20,000 nucleotides of DNA, taken from assembly GCA_018398765.1 (NCBI GenBank), contig JAHBMJ010000510.1:106832-126831 (forward strand), in the 5' to 3' direction. The stretch comes from Chromera velia. Taxonomy: Eukaryota. The notes beneath the pieces were generated by a model that was not told the origin of the DNA, made no database searches, and worked only from the letters and a program-made list of their open reading frames with translations. Position 1 is the stretch's first letter. Each line of letters begins with the position of its first letter. Positions 1 through 9,000 of the stretch are shown in pieces. The translations under genes were made by a program, and so were the position numbers.

Positions 1-488
1 CTGAGTCACAGAATCGAACGCATGACTCATGCCTCAAGTGGTGGTGGTGGCTCACGGCAATTCCAAAAGTTCAGAGAGAAACAGGAGCTATTTCGCACCT
101 ATCTCCGGGTACGTGAAGGTTTTAAGACACTACGCATTCCATCTAAAAGGTGCTCTTTCAGTTTGGTTTGTTTTCTTTAGAGGTGTGCAGGTGTTTCTGT
201 CTGAATGCCCGCCTTTATTCGGGCGAAGTGAAATCGGCGGAAGGACTTCCGCATTGAGCTCTGTGTATCTTTTCATTCAAACACACTCTGAGACTGATTC
301 CTTTTAGTCAAGGCTGTTCGATCAATGCATGTCCTTTAGAGTGCTGAGCCGAACTGATGCAGATCGATAGATACATGCAGCCAGTTGCAGCTATGATCAC
401 TGGAGATCCATTCTTCATATGCACGCGCAACGGAATCTTTGTTTGTGTCCAATAATTCATTTTTTTTGTGCCTCTCTGTGTCTTGCAG

Positions 489-1940
489 GTTCTCTGTGCT
501 GCGTTGGTTATGATCCCTGCCGATTCAAATTCTGGGGATCCGAACGGACCAGGTCCTCCTTGTGAAAGGGCAACGAAGTTTGTGGTGCCCCTCAAGTGGG
601 CGTCTACGGACAGCCACATCCTCAACACAGTCCAAGCAGTCGGGAGAGAAAAAGCCAAACACCAGAGCATCGTGCGTTTTGCTACTGGAGGTCGTATTTC
701 TTCGAAACTCTTCCAGGATATCCAATGCGAAGTTATTAGAGCCTGGATGCACCAGTCACCAGAATGTTCCCCTAGAGCCCTCGTAGACAGCAAAGGTCTT
801 CTGCTGTCCCGTACTTTCAAAGTGCCCGATGGCACAGAAGGGGAGCAGGGGGTCGAAGAGGATGTGGTTGTGCATGTGCAGCTGGTCAAGATGCACTCAA
901 AGAGACCCAACGCAGAGAGCGAGGCTGTCTCAAAGTGGCAGCGATGGCAGCCACAGGACGCTGGACCCAGTGGGCGTGCAGTCGAAGAGGCTGAAGAGTT
1001 CAACGATCTGCCGGGAAAGCCGGCCAGACTGCTCGTCCGTGTCCTGTTCGGACTTGACACCGCTCTCAAGAAATTGCACGGTACGGAGAATAGAGGGGGG
1101 AATGTTGAAAGATTTGCAGAGAGAATCGAGAGTCACCACTTTTTCCCGCACGTGGTGGACATAACCACCCAAACGCTCAAGACTGCTCATCCCGATTTAG
1201 AGACGGAGCTCAGATGTCCCGTGTGTGAGCGCTTCTGCATCAATCTTGCTGAGTTCGAGAAGCCAGACGGTTCCATAGACAGTAGGAAATTCATCAGAGA
1301 TGCAGTTTGCTACACCCATTCGGAGAAAAACTTTGAGCCAAAGCCAATCGAAGCAACACGACTCCCGTGCCTCACAGCCCAGAACAGAGAGTCTCCCCTA
1401 AAAGTTGAGGTCAAATTTACGAAGGACGTCCTATTTGAACTGCCAAAAATGCTCAAACAGGTGAGACGTGTCGTTTGGGAGACCTACACTGATGGCAGCT
1501 TTCCCAGCTGGTTTGTCTGCTGCCCCCCCCCGAAAACAACATTTCGAGAGAGGGTGAAGATGTTTTTCTTCCGTGATTGGACGGTCATTTTCCTCTGCGA
1601 GCTGTGCCAAAAACCCGCACAGAGGGTGGTGAGAAGAGAGAGGGAGGATCAGTCCCCGGATAGCAAGGGTGACCGTCAGCATCCAGAGCTCAGAGTGGTG
1701 TACAGTGAGGGTGAGATCCTGAAGAGGGTTGTACGCATAGACACGTTCGCGACAATCTTTCTGAAGAAATTTTTCCTCTATGTGACACTAGCAGCATTAA
1801 AACAGATGGAGGAGCTCGGAGTGTTTCCACTCTACACCATCCTGAAAGAGCTGAATCTGGAGTTCATCGATCCAAGTTGGACTCCCAGTCAGTTGCAGAA
1901 TCAGTTTGCCCAATACATACAGCAGTCCGCAGAGAATTGA
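489..1940 (+). CDS. Main exon of an uncharacterised CxxC-motif protein (probably part of a disrupted gene extending to 2470)
   Basis: About 480 open codons after a pyrimidine-rich acceptor (tcttgcag ending 488). Contains CPVC (1215) and CELC (1596) motifs. Possible upstream exons are 22-108 and 162-440 (introns 109-161 and 441-488, both phase 0), or a start at ATG 357. Confidence 0.65.
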   Translation, partial: VLCAALVMIPADSNSGDPNGPGPPCERATKFVVPLKWASTDSHILNTVQAVGREKAKHQSIVRFATGGRISSKLFQDIQCEVIRAWMHQSPECSPRALVDSKGLLLSRTFKVPDGTEGEQGVEEDVVVHVQLVKMHSKRPNAESEAVSKWQRWQPQDAGPSGRAVEEAEEFNDLPGKPARLLVRVLFGLDTALKKLHGTENRGGNVERFAERIESHHFFPHVVDITTQTLKTAHPDLETELRCPVCERFCINLAEFEKPDGSIDSRKFIRDAVCYTHSEKNFEPKPIEATRLPCLTAQNRESPLKVEVKFTKDVLFELPKMLKQVRRVVWETYTDGSFPSWFVCCPPPKTTFRERVKMFFFRDWTVIFLCELCQKPAQRVVRREREDQSPDSKGDRQHPELRVVYSEGEILKRVVRIDTFATIFLKKFFLYVTLAALKQMEELGVFPLYTILKELNLEFIDPSWTPSQLQNQFAQYIQQSAEN

Positions 1941-2065
1941 CTCGAGGAAGCGACTGGCGAGGCACTAGCCCAAGCAGAACAGCCAGATGAAGAGAAGCAG
2001 ATTGGGGAGGAAGCAGAGAGGGCGGATCAGGAGGGGTTGCGAGGGAATGCAAACAATCTGAGTAG

Positions 2066-2470
2066 AACTATCGCTCATGCACAACACTTTTGGAGGAGGT
2101 CAAAAGGGACCCCACAGCCTTCAAGGAAAACTACAAAAAATTTGCAGAAAAACTAAATGAACAGATGGAGAACGATCCGCTGACTCGTGACTGGAAAACC
2201 GCGTATTTGTTCCAAGCAGAATGTACGTCCACCCAAATGACTCCCCGCATCTTCATTTGCGGGAGCTGTCATGCTCAGTGCAGCAGAGTCCGGGAGGCCC
2301 GAGGCCCCCTCTTCAGGAAGAAGTACCCAAGTTCCGATTTTGTGACCGTCCCGGAGGGGAGGGCGGCGAGGCCAGTGGAGGTGAAAAAACCAGAGCCAGC
2401 CACCTGCTGCTGTGGTTGTCGGTGCTCCTGCTGTTCGTGCATGTCTTCAAGGTGTTGTGTTCTCCAGTGA
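2066..2470 (+). CDS. C-terminal coding segment with CxxC motif, Cys-rich tail and CaaX box (CVLQ)
   Basis: Open frame ending ...CCCGCRCSCCSCMSSRCCVLQ-stop. CVLQ fits the CaaX prenylation pattern. Confidence 0.55.
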   Translation, partial: NYRSCTTLLEEVKRDPTAFKENYKKFAEKLNEQMENDPLTRDWKTAYLFQAECTSTQMTPRIFICGSCHAQCSRVREARGPLFRKKYPSSDFVTVPEGRAARPVEVKKPEPATCCCGCRCSCCSCMSSRCCVLQ

Positions 2471-3043
2471 GAGGGCTCATCAAATTTGAATGAATCGGCG
2501 CGGCGATAAATTTGCATGCACAAACTCTGTTCCTCGAGGCGGTGTGTGCCGTTCGTGGGCTGAGACGTGAGTTTGGGGAGAGAAGATGAGAAGAGGGATG
2601 ACGTACAAGAAAGAAACGGTTGCACCTCTTAAAAGAGATCATAGACAACGTGTCCTGCAGGCATGTGACTCGCGTGACTCGTCATGCATGGCGCTGCTCC
2701 GCCTGGTCTGCACTATTTTGTTGAGAGCGGCATGTGCCGTTCTCGACCACGAACGTGGGAAGGCTTGATTGTTTGGGATGGAATTAAGGCTTTTTGGGGT
2801 GGAAAGAAAGGGATGAGGCCGTTGTGAAGCTAGCTGGCCATCCATTTGAGGTAAAATTCAGTAAAAGAGGCTCTGAAGACGCATGACCTGCATGAATTGT
2901 TATGCTTTTTTTGTCTCGGCTAGTGATCACTTTGCTGAAGACGCTATTAACCTTCCAAAGCCAAATTCATACGTTTGGAATTGAATTGTTTGGGAACTGA
3001 ACACTGAAATGTTTTGCAATAAAAGCCATTGTATGAATGTCAT

Positions 3044-3100
3044 TGAATGAATGAATGAATAAATGAATGAATGAATGAATATGAATGAATGAATGAATGA
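3044..3100 (+). repeat. (TGAA)n microsatellite
   Basis: Imperfect run of TGAA units seen directly, preceded by AATAAA at 3018-3023. Confidence 0.95.
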
Positions 3101-3843
3101 AGCAACAATAGGCTCCCAACACTAGCCTTGACATTTTATAGATTTAAAAATCAATAAAATAATATTATAAAAAATATGACTTTAAAACAAACGTGCAAAA
3201 AAAACGTGTTAATTACTACGGACCAGTTCACGGTGTTAGAGTCTGTGCGTAAAGTTTTTAAAAAATCACTGCACTTTACTGATACAGCTAGTTACCGTGA
3301 GTTGAGTCATAAATTTATAAATAATTTTTTAATAAGAATGTAATCTGATATGAATCGAGCTCGTTGACTAAAAGGCCAATGAGCTTCCAACCTTCCAATT
3401 TTACTTAAAATTTGCATATATGCATGGATGGTGAAAATCGTAGTATGACATTATATGACATCAAATTAAATTTTGATAATCATAGTTTAATCATACTTAA
3501 ATCATACCACATTATTATAAAACTATATAAAATAAGTATTCAAATCAAATTAAAATTAAATCGTATCAGACCATACTATTTAGGTACCTTAAGTTATAAT
3601 CCCCTCATTTGCATATATCTGACGGAGTCTTACCTGTTTGAATACCTTTTGTATCATTTGCACGCACACAATGATGGACCAGTGCAAAATTGTTAAGACT
3701 AAATGGTACCAAATGGAACTTTATTATATGGAAGGTTGAGTCTGCGAGCGCCGCGTGGCCTGGGGCCGCCTTCTATGTAGTGTAATGTAGTGTCAATTTA
3801 GGGTGGCGCTGTGGCGTGCGAAGGCCGGGGTTCACGCGAGTGT

Positions 3844-3997
3844 TGCATGCATGCGTGAGTGCATGCATGCACAAATGTTGCAAGTGAATGTTGCATGCAT
3901 GCGTCGATCGATCTGCGTACGTATACGTACACATGCATATTTTTTCAATATATTGTTTGCATTTTTTTCTTGGACATGTCATGCATATATGCATGCA
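3844..3997. promoter_or_regulatory. TGCATGCA motif cluster upstream of the F-box gene (candidate ApiAP2-type sites)
   Basis: TGCATGCA at 3844, 3860, 3864, 3892 and 3990, 200-350 bp upstream of ATG 4191. TGCATGCA is an established ApiAP2-binding motif in apicomplexans. Confidence 0.55.
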
Positions 3998-4190
3998 TCC
4001 ATATATATACATGAGTGCAAATACCGGCCAATGCACTGGAAAGAATCAAATCCATATATGTCTGCATTAGTGAGAATCAATTGCTTTTGCATGTGAAGAC
4101 AGACAGTCAGCTCAACATTGACGTTGCCTTTGTATCTGCAAGACTTGAAAAAGGGCAATCGATTGAGAAAAGTAAAAGGGCAACGCAACA

Positions 4191-6005
4191 ATGCATGAAG
4201 AGGAACCTCTGGGTGGGGATGAGAGTACAGATGCCTCTCTCACAGAGCTCCCCGATGAGGTTTTCATGCATCTCTTCGACGCTCTTCCCCCCTCATCGAT
4301 GCACAGCCTTTCCAAAGTCTCAAAGGCCCTCAACGCAACTCTCTCCCAACTCAGTCGCTTGGCCTTTCGACGTCTCTTTGGGCGAAGCGTCTCTTTTGGT
4401 CTCCAGATACCTGACTATCTGGATGCGCAACCTTCTCTGCTGTTTGATCTCCTTGGCCTCGTGCGACAGGTCCAAAACTCTCACAAGGCGGCCGTCAATG
4501 TGCTCTCATGGGCAACGGGTGGGTGAATCTTGTAGGTCTCCTCATTTACTACTCATGCCACCTGCATGTATGTACATGATGCCCTTCCTGCTAGCTGGCT
4601 GATCTTAATTTTCTCTCCACGCTGGTCCTAATGTCTTCAATGCACTTGTATCATACTTCTCTGTTTTTCCCTTTCCCCATCCAGAGGCCGTAGCCAGGGA
4701 AGTGTTTATGTTCAACTATGGCCCCCTCCCTACTCCTTCGCCTCGAAGGCAGGAGCCCCATCTTTTCTTTGCTTCCCCTCGAAGGTGTAAAATCATTAAA
4801 GTTTCGTCGCCATGGAGCGTGCTGGTGTATTTGTCTGCAGCCTATGGGTATATGGACTTTCTCAGCCGTTCGTTGAGTCAGTGGACACAGAGAGCAAAGG
4901 TTTTCAAGGGGGCGCCTGGAGAGGAGGACGAAGAGGACCAGAGTGTGAATCCGTTTGTGCGTGTCCTCTGGCTTCTCTGCGCACCCGAGAGAATTTCCCA
5001 ATGCTCGCCGCCCCTGGCTGTAGCGCTCCGTCAGTCTCCCCTCCACGCACTGCCTCTCTTCCTCAAGGAGATCGAGAGGGCTGCAGATGAACACTTCACA
5101 CGAATGGAGACGCGACTCGAGAACGAAGGGGAAACAGGAGAATCCCCCCCCAGGTTCAGCGTGGACCTTCGTCCTTTTCCTCTTCTGAAGCTGCTGTGCC
5201 TGGCTGGAATGAGGGGAGAGCGAGAGGCCTTCAGGAGACTCCTCGAGGTCCTCTGCCGACTTGGATTGGTCAGTCGACAAAAGGGAAGAGAAAGAGACGA
5301 AGGAACGAAGCACGAGAGAGAAGGGGGAAGCTATGCAGAGGGAGAGGAAGAGAGAGAGGGGGGGCTCGGTTGATCATTTTGACTTTCCAAGGGCGGGGCA
5401 GACGGAGGGAAGTGAAGTGAATTCAGGACGATCGTCGAACGAATGCGCGAGCTTCTTAGTCAGGCAGTCACAGTTGAACAGAGGACGTATCAGTCAGCCA
5501 CAGAGAAAGAATGGATAGGTGACATACAGACCCTCTCTCTGAAAGTGCACAAAAGGCCCAGTTTACTGAATGCGGTCTCCTGAATTGTCTCGCATCACTC
5601 TCTTCTCCCCATTCTCCTTTTCGGCTGATGCAGGAAAGCAGAGGGATGGTTCTTCGGATTGTCTGGTCCCTCTTGAAGACGCTCAAAGAGCTATCGGGGG
5701 ATACAGAAGACACCATCAACAACAGCAACAAAAAAGCTGGTACCGGGGGACAGTCAAAAGCAAAAGCGAAATGGGCAGCGACCCAGGGGCCGCTCAGGAA
5801 AAGGGTCGATGAGGGAACTCTTGAGTGTCTCCGAGTTGCTCTGAAGGTATGTAGCTCTCTTCTTTTCTCCCCAGACTTTTCCCCTCTGTGTTTCTCTCTC
5901 TGCACAAATCTGTCTCTGCATGCCTAGTTCTGCTTCTCCCACAAGCTCTTCCTCTATGATCCTTTGGGTATCCAGTCAAGCTTATCAGTGAAAGAAAGGA
6001 AGGAA

Positions 6006-6043
<38 letters not shown>

Positions 6044-9000
6044 ATGAATGAATGAAAGAAAGAAAGAAAGAATGAATGAATGAATGAGTGAGTGAGTGAG
6101 TGAGTGAGTGAGTCTGTCGTTGTGTGTGCTCGTATGGTCGACCTGTCAAGACCTCTCTTGTACACGTCTTGCCCCTATTCTTTTTTTCTGACTCCCTCCA
6201 TGCCCTCCGTGTCTCTTCTCCACAACTCGATTTTCTCCCCATCCTGACATTCCGCTTTCCTTCCCCTGTCCACAAAGCAGCGCGTCCCTCCAGAGGAAAG
6301 ACAAGGAGGGGCCGCTGCCTCCGCCCTCCTCTTCGCCTGCCAAGAGAACCTGAGGGAGGCCGTGGAGGCACTCGTAAAAGAGCAAGTCGGGACGGACCCC
6401 GACCCAATGGCACTTCTGGTCGGTCAGTGGATCTTTCTGTCTGTCCATCATTCCGCCTGTCACACTACCTCCATGAATGCGTGTCTCCTTCCGTCTTGCC
6501 AGCTTTCCGGTCTGTTTGTCCATTGGTTAGTAGAAGTGAATGAAAATAATCAAGAAGCAGAGGTACAGTTGAAAGGAAGGACGAAACAAGCGAGAGGAAG
6601 CTTCTGAAAAATCTCAGAACGGTTTTTGATTTACTTCTGTAAGAGCGGAAGCTGAGAACCCAAAAGGCGGATTGGTGAATTAATTGGCGTGTCTTTTTTT
6701 TTTTTGCCCTTTTGTCCCGAGTTTTTTTCATGATCTTTGTAACTGCTGTATGGAATGGGCAAGCAGGTGACCAGAGTGGCGGGAAGACCAGTGCCAAGAG
6801 GCCGTCCAACCTCAGCACAGAGAGTGGCGGAAAGAGATGCAACAGTGCGCGCGTCTCTGTACAGAAGGTCCCGGTCGAGGGGTCAGAGACCTGCACCTCT
6901 CTTTTCGGAGACTAGGTCAGGAGTTGTGGGAGGATGGGGTGCCGGTACCCTGGTGCGTACATCCTCTCGCGTCCCTCCTGCCCCCCTGCCGGAGGGTTTA
7001 GAGGGACTCCCTGTGGGTGTGTGGAGGCAGGAACAGGGAGTCGGGGGGAACTTGCCTGTGGAGGATCTGATGGGGGATGGTGTCATGACGAGAGGGGCTC
7101 CTCAGAATGGAATAGGGGGGGGGGACGAGTTGAGAGCAGACACTTCCCCCCTGCTGGTTGCTGTCAGCAGAGGGAACTCGGAGGTCGTTGAGGTGGGTTC
7201 TGATGGCTCTCTCTCGCCTGCAATTCTTTCTCGCGTTTGCCTTCTCCCGAACTCGCATTCACGCCACAAAGGATCAACAAAGACGGCTTCGAGCTCTCTT
7301 TCGAATCTTCTCAATAATCAATTACAGTTCATCTGGCTCTGAGTTCCTTCCTAATTTTCTTCCCTGCTGCAGGTTCTTCTTCGTCACCGTGTGGGCAGAG
7401 TGAACTTCCGCAGCCTCTCGGGGAAGTCGGCTCTTCTCCTCGCGGTTGAAAAAGGGCGTCCAGACATTGTCAGACAGGTCTGTCTGTGGGGGTGCAAGTG
7501 AATAGAGATGGCATTTGGAGATGTTTCTTTACCCTCAAGTATGGAAGAGCTGCAGCAGCAAATGATAAAAGTGTGTGCATCTTCTTGAACATTGCGCTGT
7601 TTCTCTTCTGAAGATCAATTCATTGGCAGCAGCGGAAGTCAAACGGGATATCCTCCCAAATGAATGCACGCAATGAAAGGAGACCGAAATACGCTTGTAT
7701 ATACAATCACATTTTTCCTTCTTCTGCGAACATGCACGGGATAAAACCGTCTCTATTTCTTTCTTCACTCCTTTCAGCTACTCCGGAGAGGCGCCAACGT
7801 TCGCACAGAGAGCGCTGGAGGGAAAAGCGCGCTTTCAGTGGCAGTAGCGGTGGGCCATCTTTCTTCCCTCCCATTGTCTCTTTTCTTTATCATTGTTGTT
7901 CAGTCATCCGTCCCTTCCTTTCTGCCTGTCACGTGATCGCCCTTTCTCGCTTGCTCCTTCCTTCTACGTGTGTATACTTATCATCTTTTGCACGCAAGCG
8001 ACGACATGGAATCAGCCGCAGCCACTTACACACGGTCTTTCGTCGGGCTCTATCTCTATGCATTTTTGCAGAATGGGAACGAAGCAGTGCTCCGCGCTCT
8101 TCTCGATTTCTCTTCTCTCGAAGACCTGATGAGGTCAGAGGTAGCAGAGGCGGAATGAAGAAGAAGAAGAAAGGGAACTAGGAGAGACTGAACAGAATTT
8201 GAGTAAGAAGGGAAATGCATTCGAGACGACACCATACTCATACCTGGCTTGGAGTTTAGCCCAGAGCTTCGACAGGCACGATCTCTCTGTCTACCTCCCT
8301 GCCTTATTGGAAGAAGTGTGTCTTCCTGCATCCAGCTTTGGGTTGGTGAGACGAACCCAAGAAGAAAAACAAAACAGGCGGACAGAGAGAAAGTGCAGGA
8401 GGGACAAGCAGAGCTGCACGGCCTTTTTTTGACCATTGCGAGTGTCACTCACCTGTCTCTACTTTCCACTCACAAATTGTGTTCCTCACCGTGCTCAGTG
8501 TGCAACCAGATCCAGATAGACCGTCCTGCACACACAGATGGATGGGGATGCAGACGAAAAAACTGCGGCAAAGTTCGTTCTCTTCACCCATTCCACTCAT
8601 ACCTGCATTCGTACAGGCCCGCTGCAAACGGAGAAACCCTCGTCGGTCTTGCGGAGAGACGCTCCGCCCGTCCTGTCCTGTGTGCGCTCCTCGAAACGTA
8701 CCTACGAAAGGTCTGGAACGTGTTTCGAAAAGAGAGAGGACTTTGTTGTTTCTTGGTCATTTTGTCTGTCATGTGCTGATGCGCCTTTTTGCTTGGGGGA
8801 AAAGAAATAGTAAAGCTATCTGACGGCACTTGACGTTCTCCTGCTGGAAGCGAGATCCAATCTGAATTCTATCTATTAGAGTAGCCCTACAGTGAATGAA
8901 TGTCGATTGTCAATGTTGTAGTATAGCGATTCATTCGGGTCCGTACTTCTTCGCTCTTTGCCTCCTTTAGCTTTCTGACTTCGCCCTGATTAGTGCACAG

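Larger units (their letters stand above)
22..2470 (+). pseudogene. Probable pseudogene or recoded gene: CxxC-repeat protein with Cys-rich CaaX terminus
   Basis: After TGA 1938-1940 the same frame stays open and protein-like (LEEATGEALAQAEQPDEEKQIGEE...) to about 2156. The -1 frame is open 2066-2470 and has IFICGSCHAQCSRV, resembling IFLCELCQKPAQRV upstream. No convincing intron removes the stop or the shift. Confidence 0.5.

Noticed and set aside
308..1069. 253-aa - strand ORF
   Set aside because: Antisense shadow of the + strand exon with no recognisable features.
3388..3738. 10-bp inverted repeat CAACCTTCCA...TGGAAGGTTG bounding AT-rich DNA as a MITE
   Set aside because: No target-site duplication, and matches of this length are expected by chance.
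3412..4096. Short ORFs in the AT-rich and TGCATG-rich region
   Set aside because: Their composition reflects AT bias and motif repeats, with no coding character.
6640..7314. Collinear - strand frame broken by TGA codons, suggesting a decayed retroelement
   Set aside because: The + strand here is a phase-compatible exon ending in a clear ankyrin repeat, so the - frame is its shadow.
7192..7850. Introns at equivalent positions in successive ankyrin repeats (exon duplication)
   Set aside because: Positions differ by one codon between the first two repeats and by more for the third.
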